64,000 bases of DNA, from the NCBI GenBank assembly GCA_009691765.1, contig SIAO01000007.1:5348-69347 (forward strand), in the 5' to 3' direction. This DNA is from Planctomycetota bacterium (lineage in GTDB: Bacteria > Planctomycetota > GCA-002687715). Position 1 is the first letter of the stretch. Every line of letters begins with the position of its first letter. The notes below the pieces were generated by a model that did not search any database, was not told the origin of the DNA, and was given only the letters and a program-made list of their open reading frames with translations. A program made the position numbers and the translations under genes. Of the stretch, positions 1 through 8,241 are shown piece after piece.

Positions 1-758
1 CGCAACCAGTCTTTGCCTGCGCGCTTGCCACACCAAAGAATTACGCGGCACGGAACGGAAAGTGGCCCGCGCCGCAACGCCTCGCGACGCAAGCGGTCGA
101 AAGCCTCGGGCGCATAGCGAGCATCGGTGCGCGAAAGCCGTCCCGCATGATCGCGCACGCGCACGACGGCTTGCGGCACAGTGGCAAGTCGCCAGCCTGC
201 ATGCACGAGGCGCAACACCAATTCGTAGTCCTCAGGAAAACCTCCGTCCCGCCAGCCGCCACTCTCGGCGAGCGCTCGGCTGCGCAACAGCATGGCCGGG
301 TGCAGCAGCGGACATTCCACGTACAGCTCACGCTCTGGATCCCGCACGCTGTTGAGCCACGCAACATAGGCAAGCATGCCGACACCCGGCGGGACGCCGG
401 CGTCCCCGACCAGTTCACAAGCGCCTCCCACGATGGCGACCTGCGCGTCCTGTTGCATGACAGCGAGCTGCAAACGCAGCCGGCCCGCAATTGCCTCATC
501 ATCAGCATCGAGACGAGCAAGGAACTCACCACACGCCGCCGCACGCCCTGCTTCGAGCGCGGAAGCGATGCCTTGCGGCGTTTGGCGCAATAAACGCACC
601 CGAGTGTCGCAGGGCAACACCGCCGCTGGGTCATCGCGACTGCCGTCATCAATGACGATCACTTCGTCGTCGCTCTGTGAATCAGCGAGCGCTGAAGCCA
701 CGGCGTTGTGCAACCAACGCGCACCGTCGCGCACAGGGATGAGCCACGAAACACGCAT
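1..758 (-). CDS. Family 2 glycosyltransferase (GT2), 5' end complete; 3' end runs off the window start. The ORF track missed it because no stop codon lies in the window.
   Basis: The reverse-strand translation begins MRVSWLIPVRDGARWLHNAVASALADSQSDDEVIVIDDGSRDDPAAV...ARLDADDEAIAG. This matches the GT2 signatures (IPxxN, VIVIDDGS, D-x-D-like DADD). High third-position GC. The ATG at 756-758 lies 4 bp downstream of the GH3 stop, consistent with an operon. Confidence 0.8.
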   Translation of the reverse strand, partial: MRVSWLIPVRDGARWLHNAVASALADSQSDDEVIVIDDGSRDDPAAVLPCDTRVRLLRQTPQGIASALEAGRAAACGEFLARLDADDEAIAGRLRLQLAVMQQDAQVAIVGGACELVGDAGVPPGVGMLAYVAWLNSVRDPERELYVECPLLHPAMLLRSRALAESGGWRDGGFPEDYELVLRLVHAGWRLATVPQAVVRVRDHAGRLSRTDARYAPEAFDRLRREALRRGPLSVPCRVILWCGKRAGKDWL

Positions 759-761
759 GCG

Positions 762-2453
762 TCAACGAACGCCGCTGCTCTGAGTCATCAATCCCGGAAT
801 GGCCGCAGGCAAGACGCCACCTTCTCGGGAAGCATCGAGCAACAGAGCCGCGAGTGCTTGCTGTGTGCCGGCATCCCAATCGAGACCCACCACCAGCGCG
901 CCATGGCCACGGAGATTGCCGAATGTATAGGGATTGCCCAGCAGGGCGATGGCGTGTCCGAACAGCGCGGCCTTAGCGAGCAGGCGCTGGCGCTCTTGAT
1001 GGAAAGTGTTCCAGTCGTCGGCAGCAAAAGGCGACAACGATGCCGCCGCCAAGACAAGCATCTGCTCCGCTGGTTCTGTGCGCGGTAGGTCTTGACCCCC
1101 TGCACACTCACTCAAGCGCACTTGCATGCCATGAGCACGCAGCGGTTCCATCAATGCAGGGCCAACCGCGTCAAAACCCCAATCTTCACGCTGATCACGC
1201 AGCACGATGACATGCACAGGAAGTTTGGGATTCAAAACACCCTTGCGCACGCGCACCACAGATTTGACCGCGCATTCCAAGGCGAGCGAGCGCGCCAGAG
1301 CACTATCGAGCCGTGGGGCGAGATCTTGCAGTGCACATGTTGGCCCGCGCACGAGCTTCAATCGCGCCGCGAGCACCCGCTCTACGGCTGCGTTGAAAAC
1401 CGCTGGCGGCAATTCACCGTTCTCGACGGCGCGTGCAAGTGCGGCAGCCGTGCCTTGAATGTCTGTGGGGAACAAGAGCACATCGCAACCTGCACCAACG
1501 GCGCGCACGGCAGCTTCAGCCGCTGAAAAACGGCGCGTGATGCCGCCCATGTCAAGGGCATCCGTGAACACGATGCCACTGAAGCCGAGGTCTTTGCGCA
1601 ACAGCCCGTTGATGATTAAAGGAGACAAGGTTGCAGGCAGTGTGTCGTTGGCCGTGAGCTGCGGGAGCGCGATGTGCGCACTCATCACTCCACGAGCCCC
1701 TGCGCGAATGCAAGCGAGGAACGGTGGCAGCTCCACCGTGTCCAAACGCTCTCGCGTGCCGTTCACGACCGGCAAACCGAGATGGGAATCTTCGTGAGTG
1801 TCGCCATGCCCTGGAAAGTGCTTGGCGACCGCCATGACAGCAACACTCTCAACGCCTCGCACGAAAGCGGCTGCATGGCGCGCCACCAATGCGGGATCAT
1901 CGCCATAGGAACGCAGATTGATGATCGGGTTTTGCGGCGACACATTCACATCAGCGATGGGCGCCAGCACCACATTCACGCCGATCAAGGCGGATTCTTC
2001 TGCGGTGCGCCGTGCAATGCGTTCCGTGAGCACCTCCGAGTTAGCGGCGCCCAAGGCCATGCCGCGCGGAAAGCGCGTGGCTCCCGGAAACATGATGCCA
2101 GCACCGCCTTCGCAATCTGCCGTAATCAGCAACGGAATGGGAGCGATGCGCTGCAAGTGCTGCGTCAGCCGATGAACCTGCGCCGCCGTAGCGCGCAAAC
2201 AGTGCACTCCGCCAATGGCCCTGCTGCGCACAAGCGTCTCAAGCTCTGACAACGCCTCTGCGGAATCCAACACCTTTCCGGCGGCGACCGAAGGCACCAG
2301 AAGTTGTCCTGCTTGTTCAAGCCGTGTCAACCCGCGCCGCGTTGTCGCCGCATCTTGAGCAGAGATGACGGCGCTGAGCAACAGCGCAACGAGCCACTTC
2401 ACTTCTTGCGTACCTTTTCCTTTTTCTGATCCGTCTTGGCAAACCCTTTCCAC
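762..2453 (-). CDS. Secreted glycoside hydrolase family 3 (BglX/NagZ-like beta-hexosaminidase/beta-glucosidase).
   Basis: GH3 N-terminal domain motifs are present (KHFPGHGDTHEDSHLGLPVV, ITADCEGG, FPGATRFP). A signal peptide KWLVALLLSAVISAQ follows the likely true start. That start is a GTG at 2402 forming a GTGA overlap with the upstream stop at 2399-2401, so the real gene may be 762..2402. Confidence 0.85.
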   Translation of the reverse strand: MERVCQDGSEKGKGTQEVKWLVALLLSAVISAQDAATTRRGLTRLEQAGQLLVPSVAAGKVLDSAEALSELETLVRSRAIGGVHCLRATAAQVHRLTQHLQRIAPIPLLITADCEGGAGIMFPGATRFPRGMALGAANSEVLTERIARRTAEESALIGVNVVLAPIADVNVSPQNPIINLRSYGDDPALVARHAAAFVRGVESVAVMAVAKHFPGHGDTHEDSHLGLPVVNGTRERLDTVELPPFLACIRAGARGVMSAHIALPQLTANDTLPATLSPLIINGLLRKDLGFSGIVFTDALDMGGITRRFSAAEAAVRAVGAGCDVLLFPTDIQGTAAALARAVENGELPPAVFNAAVERVLAARLKLVRGPTCALQDLAPRLDSALARSLALECAVKSVVRVRKGVLNPKLPVHVIVLRDQREDWGFDAVGPALMEPLRAHGMQVRLSECAGGQDLPRTEPAEQMLVLAAASLSPFAADDWNTFHQERQRLLAKAALFGHAIALLGNPYTFGNLRGHGALVVGLDWDAGTQQALAALLLDASREGGVLPAAIPGLMTQSSGVR

Positions 2454-4003
2454 TCTTGCTCAATCTCAGCGAACACATCTTTTTGTGGAGGCACGCCGAA
2501 GATCTCCTCCGCCATGGGCCGCAGCTTCTCGAGATCGGATTTCCCCGTCTTGTCCACGCAGGAATTACACGCGCGCAAGAATGGGCCCATCTTGTCCAAG
2601 CGCCGTGTTGCCAACCAATCCAACATGCTCCAAGCCTTGGCCACCGCGGCGGCATCCATGTCCACCAATGTCATGCGCAACAACACTGTGAACTCTGGTC
2701 CTGAGCGCAGCGCGAGATCATTGAAAGTTGCGCGCAAACCTTCCTCTTCAAAACTCACCGTCGCTTCCACGCCGGTGCGGCCATAATCCGGTAAACGAAA
2801 CGCCACACAGTGCACATTGTTGCGAGCGAGCGCTTCGAAACTGGTCCAATAAGCCCAACCTTCGGAAATCCAATCGGCGCTGTTTGAGGCACCACGATTC
2901 CACGCCAACGCCGCAAGGTTGTGCCCTAGCGCATGCGCGATCATCCCGTCGAGTTCCGTCCCCGGACCGAGGCGCCAAAACTCCAGCCAACGAGCGCCGT
3001 TACTGCCACCAGTGCGGTGACCCATCATGGCCTTGGTGCGCTCGCGAGGCTCTCCGAGCCTGCGGCCATAGTAGTTTTCATAGTACTTCGCGGCCAACTC
3101 AACATCGTCGGGGCAGAAGAAGAACTCGTCGATGACATCCTCGGGGATGGGGTCTAGGTCGTTCTCTGTGATGAAGGGGTCCACGAATTCGGTGCGGAAC
3201 GATTCGATAATGCGCTCGCCCAAGATGCAAGCGGCGTCAAGCTGCGAGGATTTCAAGTCCTGGAAAGAGACGAGGCGCAGATGCTGCGTCTCGCGGCCGT
3301 GCCACTTCAAGTCGCTGCGGCCGAAGTCTTTGCTGCAAGCCGCAAGGGATTCGGGCAGCTCGCTGGACTTCAAGACTCCCTTCGCGATTTCGAGGCGCGT
3401 CTTGCTCGCAGCGCTCTGCGCCTTGCCGAGCTCAATGGAGTAATCCTTCGCGAGTGCTTTGGCCGCCTCTTGGAACAGCGTGGAGTTCAGCCACCCCACA
3501 AGAGTGTCCACGCGCGTCAGTAACTTGCGCTGCGTGTTGAACCACTCTGGTGTGCCCGCCTTGCAAGCACGCAAATCCGTCTTGACTTTCTCCACATCCA
3601 CTTGCTTGCGCAGATACTCGTCGCGCAGTCCCACCAGCGACTGATGCGGGTAGCACAGGTGCATGGCGTCCTTGGGTTTCATTTCCGCTTCAGGGATCTG
3701 CACCTCGCGGGCCTTGCCGTTGGGCGTGCGTTTCCCATCGGCACCAACAAGCTCCAAATTCGGCTTGCCAGAATCAGGAACTAGCAGCGTAATGACCTTG
3801 CTCGTGCCCGGTTTGGTGATGAGATTGGCTTTGAGGTCGATGACCAAACCACTCAGATGCTGCCCCACGATCATGGACTTGCCTTCCCAAGTCGTCAGCC
3901 ATTTCGCGTATTTCTTGCTCGTTTTCTCGTCAAGCAATTCCACGCCCACAATTTGGGCGCAAAGCACGCTGGCAAGCAACACCAGACTTACACAAAGGCG
4001 CAT
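2399..4003 (-). CDS. Secreted hypothetical protein (about 534 aa), possibly a degenerate zincin-like fold.
   Basis: Long ORF with good GC3. Start trimmed to MRLCVSLVLLASVLCAQ (signal peptide), with GGAG six nucleotides upstream of the ATG at 4001-4003. It contains HALGHNL...EGWAYW but no clean HExxH motif. I do not recognise the family. Confidence 0.6.
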   Translation of the reverse strand: MRLCVSLVLLASVLCAQIVGVELLDEKTSKKYAKWLTTWEGKSMIVGQHLSGLVIDLKANLITKPGTSKVITLLVPDSGKPNLELVGADGKRTPNGKAREVQIPEAEMKPKDAMHLCYPHQSLVGLRDEYLRKQVDVEKVKTDLRACKAGTPEWFNTQRKLLTRVDTLVGWLNSTLFQEAAKALAKDYSIELGKAQSAASKTRLEIAKGVLKSSELPESLAACSKDFGRSDLKWHGRETQHLRLVSFQDLKSSQLDAACILGERIIESFRTEFVDPFITENDLDPIPEDVIDEFFFCPDDVELAAKYYENYYGRRLGEPRERTKAMMGHRTGGSNGARWLEFWRLGPGTELDGMIAHALGHNLAALAWNRGASNSADWISEGWAYWTSFEALARNNVHCVAFRLPDYGRTGVEATVSFEEEGLRATFNDLALRSGPEFTVLLRMTLVDMDAAAVAKAWSMLDWLATRRLDKMGPFLRACNSCVDKTGKSDLEKLRPMAEEIFGVPPQKDVFAEIEQEWKGFAKTDQKKEKVRKK

Positions 4004-4071
4004 GATCTTCTCCGGCGCGCATTCTATAGTGTCGCCCTCGTGTTGCCGCATGGAAGCGGCACTCCACATCT

Positions 4072-5049
4072 ATGGTCCCGCAAGACATGAAGACCCTCAT
4101 CACCGGCGCCGCCGGATTCATCGGTTCACACCTCGCGGAGGCCCTCGTGGCTGAAGGGCGCGAGGTCCTAGCGCTCGACGATCTCTCCACGGGCAACATG
4201 GAGAATCTCCGGGGTTTGAATGGCCACGAGCGTTTCCGCTTCGTCGAAGGCGATGTGCGCGACCGGGCCCTCGTTGCCACTCTCGTGCGAGATTGCGCCG
4301 AGGTCTACCACCTTGCGGCCGCTGTCGGCGCCGCCTTGGTGATGCAGCAGCCCGTGCGCACACTGGAAGTGAACGTCGCTGGCACCGCTAGCGTCTTGGC
4401 TGCTGCCACGCAGGCGGAAGCGCGAGTGTTCCTCGCCAGCACGTCGGAAGTTTATGGACGGAGCAGCGCCGCTGTGCAACACGAAGAGGACGACCTTGGT
4501 TTCGGTCCGAGCACGCGCCCGCGTTGGGGCTACGCCTGCTCGAAAGCTCTCGACGAATGGTTAGCCCTCGCGCACGCCTCCGAGGATGGTTTGCAAGTGG
4601 TGGTAGGGCGCATCTTCAACACCACGGGCCCGCGCCAAAGTGGACGCTACGGCATGGTGCTACCGCGCTTTGTCCAAGCCGCACTGCACGCAGAGCCGCT
4701 GGTCGTGCACGGCGACGGATTGCAAACGCGCTGCTTTTCTCATGTCAAGGACACAGTGCGCGCTATCTGCCGGCTTATGCAAACACCGGCGGCCTACCGC
4801 CAAGTGGTGAACATTGGTTCCACAGAAGAAGTGACCATCCGCGAACTTGCTGAGCGGGTGGTGCGCATCGCGAAATCGTCCTCGCCCATCGTGCACTGGC
4901 CCGTGGAGCAAGCTTTCAGCGAAGGCTACGAAGACCTACCGCGTCGGCGTCCCTGCACGAAAAAGCTGCGCGCCCTCACAGGATTCACACCGGCGATTCC
5001 GCTCGACGAGATCATTGCTGCACTTTGCCACGAAGGTGCGCGAGGGTAA
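4072..5049 (+). CDS. NAD-dependent epimerase/dehydratase (SDR, UDP-sugar 4-epimerase / 4,6-dehydratase family).
   Basis: TGAAGFIGSHL Rossmann motif, YxxxK-type SDR architecture, about 320 aa. An alternative start is MKTLITG at 4087. Confidence 0.85.
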   Translation: MVPQDMKTLITGAAGFIGSHLAEALVAEGREVLALDDLSTGNMENLRGLNGHERFRFVEGDVRDRALVATLVRDCAEVYHLAAAVGAALVMQQPVRTLEVNVAGTASVLAAATQAEARVFLASTSEVYGRSSAAVQHEEDDLGFGPSTRPRWGYACSKALDEWLALAHASEDGLQVVVGRIFNTTGPRQSGRYGMVLPRFVQAALHAEPLVVHGDGLQTRCFSHVKDTVRAICRLMQTPAAYRQVVNIGSTEEVTIRELAERVVRIAKSSSPIVHWPVEQAFSEGYEDLPRRRPCTKKLRALTGFTPAIPLDEIIAALCHEGARG

Positions 5050-5064
5050 TCTTTCGCGCCAGCC

Positions 5065-5304
5065 GTGATGACATTCCTCCGCTTTCTTCTCCGCATCTGG
5101 ATCAGTTTTGGACGCGTCCTTGGCATCGTGAACCTCACGGTGCTCTTGAGCGTGGTCTACTTGCTGATCGTGCCCTTCTATGCGCTCGCTGCTTTGATCC
5201 GCGACCCACTGGGATTGCGCTCAGTGCGCCGCGCACCACCAACGCACTGGAAACCGTCGCACACTCCGCGCGCTGACGCCGACAACCTCTGGCGGCCCTA
5301 CTGA
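5065..5304 (+). CDS. SxtJ-like small membrane protein (short form, 79 aa).
   Basis: GTG/ATG start immediately after the epimerase stop, and its own stop lies 1 bp before the carbamoyltransferase ATG. One or two TM helices. The pattern FGRVLGIVNLTVLLSVVYLLIVPFYALAALIRDPLGL...WRPY resembles, as I remember it, the C-terminal half of SxtJ proteins that accompany O-carbamoyltransferases. Confidence 0.5.
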   Translation: MMTFLRFLLRIWISFGRVLGIVNLTVLLSVVYLLIVPFYALAALIRDPLGLRSVRRAPPTHWKPSHTPRADADNLWRPY

Positions 5305-5305
5305 G

Positions 5306-7057
5306 ATGCGCGTCCTCGGGCTGTCCTTTGATTTCCATGATTCCGCCGCGGTGCTGATCGAAGACCATCGCATCGTGGCCGCCGCCGCTGAAGAGCGCTT
5401 CGTCCGGCGCAAACACACCGCAGAGTTCCCGAAAGAGGCCATCGCTTGGGCGCTCGAGAGCACAGGCACCAGCCTCGCCGCTGTGGACCATGTGGTCTTC
5501 TATGAAAAGCCCTTCCAAAAGTTTGATCGCATCCTCACCACAGCACTGGCTTCCTGGCCACGCTCGTATTTTTTCTTCTTGAAGTCCATGCCTCAATGGC
5601 TGGTGCGCAAACTCCACACCGCGCGGCAGATTCGCAAAGGTCTTGGACAAGACCGCTCGGTGCTGTTTGCTTCACACCACCTCTCGCACGCTGCCAGCGC
5701 TTTCTTTCCCTCGCCCTTCGAAGAAGCCGCCATCATCACTGCCGACGGCGTTGGCGAATGGGCCACCACTAGCTTCGGCCGCGGCGCAGGTTGCAAGTTG
5801 GAGCTCGAAAGCGAAATCCGCTTTCCGCACTCGCTCGGGCTTTATTACTCGGCGCTCACTGCGTATCTCGGCTTCAAGGTGAACGACGCCGAATGGAAAG
5901 TGATGGGGCTCGCTCCCTACGGCGAGCCGCGCTTCGTCGAGCAGTTCCGCAAGCTCATCCAACTTCGCGAAGACGGCAGCTTTGCTCTCGACATGCGTTA
6001 CTTCAGCCACGCGTTCAGCACGCGCAGCATGATCAACACGCGCTACGAACGCTTGTTCGGACGTCCACGCCGCTCGCCAGAATCCGCGTTGGAGCAGTTC
6101 CACAACGACATTGCGCGCAGCGGTCAGCAAGTCCTCGAAGAAGCCATGTTGAACCTCGCGCGCGCCGTACAACGACGAACAGGTTTGCGCAAATTGGCTC
6201 TGGGCGGAGGCGTCGGCCTCAATTGCGTCGCCAATTGGCGCATCCTTCGCGAATCAGGTTTTGACGAGATCTTCATTCAGCCCGCAGCGGGTGATGACGG
6301 CGGCGCGCTGGGTGCCGCGGCATTAGTGATGGCGGAACTGGGCGGCGTGCGCGTCGAACCCATGCAACATGCACTCTTCGGTCCGGCGTGGAGCGATGCG
6401 CAGATCGAATCCGACTTGTTGCGGCTTGGAGCGAAGCCGCGCCGCTACGAACGTGCCGCGTTGCTCGAAGAGTGTGCGCGGCGCCTGCACGCCAAAGAAA
6501 TCCTCGGTTGGTTCCAAGGGCCCATGGAGTTTGGCCCGCGCGCGCTCGGAGCACGCAGCATTCTCTCCACCGCATCCGATGCTTCGATGAAAGACAAGAT
6601 CAACGCTCGCGTGAAGTACCGCGAGGCCTTTCGCCCGTTCGCGCCGAGTGTGCCCAAGCACCTCGCCTCGCGTTGGTTCGATGTGCCTGAAGGGCTGGAT
6701 TCTCCGTTCATGCTCTTGGTGCCGCAGGTGCGCCCTGAAGCACGGGTATTGCTGCCAGCGATCACGCATCACGACGGATCCGCACGAATCCAAACCGTCA
6801 CCCACGAAGCGAACGCGCTGTATCACGACCTACTGCTCGCCTACGGAGAACGCAGTGGCATCCCAGTGCTGCTCAACACCTCGTTCAATGTGCGAGGCGA
6901 GCCGATCGTGAACACTCCCGAACAAGCGCTCACTTGTTTCCGCAACACCGGACTCGACGCGCTGGTCATTGGCAGTTTCATCGTGAGCGGCAAAGATGAA
7001 CCCGTTGACCACGAGCGCGGCATGCGTGCGAGCGTGGCCTTGGAGCGCACCCCATGA
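5306..7057 (+). CDS. O-carbamoyltransferase (NodU/CmcH/SxtI family).
   Basis: 583 aa. The N-terminus MRVLGLSFDFHDSAAVLIEDHRIVAAAAEERFVRRKH and the C-terminal YrdC/Kae1-like carbamoyltransferase architecture are typical of the NodU family. Confidence 0.9.
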   Translation: MRVLGLSFDFHDSAAVLIEDHRIVAAAAEERFVRRKHTAEFPKEAIAWALESTGTSLAAVDHVVFYEKPFQKFDRILTTALASWPRSYFFFLKSMPQWLVRKLHTARQIRKGLGQDRSVLFASHHLSHAASAFFPSPFEEAAIITADGVGEWATTSFGRGAGCKLELESEIRFPHSLGLYYSALTAYLGFKVNDAEWKVMGLAPYGEPRFVEQFRKLIQLREDGSFALDMRYFSHAFSTRSMINTRYERLFGRPRRSPESALEQFHNDIARSGQQVLEEAMLNLARAVQRRTGLRKLALGGGVGLNCVANWRILRESGFDEIFIQPAAGDDGGALGAAALVMAELGGVRVEPMQHALFGPAWSDAQIESDLLRLGAKPRRYERAALLEECARRLHAKEILGWFQGPMEFGPRALGARSILSTASDASMKDKINARVKYREAFRPFAPSVPKHLASRWFDVPEGLDSPFMLLVPQVRPEARVLLPAITHHDGSARIQTVTHEANALYHDLLLAYGERSGIPVLLNTSFNVRGEPIVNTPEQALTCFRNTGLDALVIGSFIVSGKDEPVDHERGMRASVALERTP

Positions 7058-7227
7058 ACGATCAGCGGCGCAATAGAGGGTTTATCTCTGAGTTCTGTTC
7101 CTTCCTCAGCCATGAGAAGAAGTGGTGGCTGTTGCCGCTCGTGATCGTGTTTGGTGCCATTGGCGCCTTGGCCCTCGTGGCCGAAGTGATTCCTGCAGCA
7201 GCACCCGCCATCTACTCGTTCTTCTGA
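7054..7227 (+). CDS. DUF5989 / SxtK-like small membrane protein (57 aa). Missing from the ORF track because it is under 60 aa.
   Basis: My own translation gives MNDQRRNRGFISEFCSFLSHEKKWWLLPLVIVFGAIGALALVAEVIPAAAPAIYSFF. The KKxWLLP...APFIYxxF pattern is the DUF5989 signature. Its ATG overlaps the carbamoyltransferase stop (ATGA), and its TGA overlaps the next ATG (TGATG). Confidence 0.6.
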   Translation: MNDQRRNRGFISEFCSFLSHEKKWWLLPLVIVFGAIGALALVAEVIPAAAPAIYSFF

Positions 7228-8231
7228 TGCGCGTGCTCTTGCTGGAACCGGCGTCCGCGGCTGTTGGACGCGGCAACGCAACGACGGCCGAACGCTACGC
7301 GCGCGCAGCGGAGGGCGCAGGACACTGTGTGCTTCGCGCCACTCCGGACACCATCCCCACGGAGGCCGTTGATCTTGTTCATGCGCATCACGCTGCGCGC
7401 TGCGGGCCTAGGGGAGTAGCCCTGGCGCAGCAATGGCGCTGTCCGCTCATCATCTCGCTCGGAGGCACAGACCTCCATGGCCAAGCAGCGCAAGGGTTGG
7501 ATCCGACGGCCCGCGCTCCGCTGCAGTATGCGCGCCTCATCCTCGGTCCCTTCGCCGACGACGCATCACTCTTGCGGGCTGCGGGCATCGACACATCCAC
7601 ATTCCGAGTTGTGCGCAGAGGTGTGAAGCCAGTCGATGCACTGCCTCATCAACCGGCGCTCGGTGTGTTGCGCATTCTCTGCCTTGGTGCTGTGCGGCCA
7701 CTCAAGAACAACATGGTCGCTATGGAGATCGTCGCTGCTTTGCGACGCCATAGAATTGACTGCACGCTCACCTTTGCTGGCGCAGAACTGGACAGTGCCT
7801 ACGCCGAAGGGTTGCGTCAACGCTTGCACGCATCCGATGTCATGCTCGGCCCCGTCGCTTCCGCTGCGCTGCCTGCGATCTTCGCTTCCAGCGATGTGCT
7901 GCTCAACACGTCTTTGGCCGAAGGCGCCTCCAACGCCATCTTGGAAGCGCTCGCCGCAGGAGTTCCTGTGGCGGCCAGCAATGTGCATGGCAACACGGCA
8001 TTACTGCGCACCGCAGGTGCAAACTTCGCCTGCCTCTTTGACCTCGCCGAGCCGCTGACACAGCTCGCACCGTTTGGCACATTGCTCCTCAGCGCAGGCA
8101 CTTCAGAGAACGCCGAGCGTGCGCACGAAGCGCAAGAGTTTGTGCGTGTACATCACGATGTCGCCGCTGAGGCTCATGAACTCCTCGGCGCCTATGCGGA
8201 AGCGCTTGGAGCTACGCCGCAAGCCCGATAA
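7227..8231 (+). CDS. Family 1 glycosyltransferase (GT4-like, retaining GT-B).
   Basis: C-terminal EX7E-type motif region LNTSLAEGASNAILEALAAGVPVAAS. Start chosen at MRVLLLEPASA, coupled to the upstream small ORF; the ORF-track start at 7122 overlaps DUF5989 and is unlikely. Confidence 0.8.
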   Translation: MRVLLLEPASAAVGRGNATTAERYARAAEGAGHCVLRATPDTIPTEAVDLVHAHHAARCGPRGVALAQQWRCPLIISLGGTDLHGQAAQGLDPTARAPLQYARLILGPFADDASLLRAAGIDTSTFRVVRRGVKPVDALPHQPALGVLRILCLGAVRPLKNNMVAMEIVAALRRHRIDCTLTFAGAELDSAYAEGLRQRLHASDVMLGPVASAALPAIFASSDVLLNTSLAEGASNAILEALAAGVPVAASNVHGNTALLRTAGANFACLFDLAEPLTQLAPFGTLLLSAGTSENAERAHEAQEFVRVHHDVAAEAHELLGAYAEALGATPQAR

Positions 8232-8241
8232 CCTCACCGCC

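Noticed and set aside
41-783. ORF-track ORFs 41..652(-), 62..355(+), 147..593(+) and 376..783(+).
   Set aside because: They have Cys/Arg-rich, low-complexity translations. They lie in other frames of, or antisense to, the clearly recognisable GT2 glycosyltransferase gene (1..758, minus strand), so they are shadow ORFs of high-GC DNA.
7122-7226. ORF-track N-terminal extension of the GT1 gene (start 7122).
   Set aside because: It would overlap the DUF5989/SxtK-like gene in another frame, and the extension sequence is low-complexity. ATG 7227, with TGATG coupling, is the better start.
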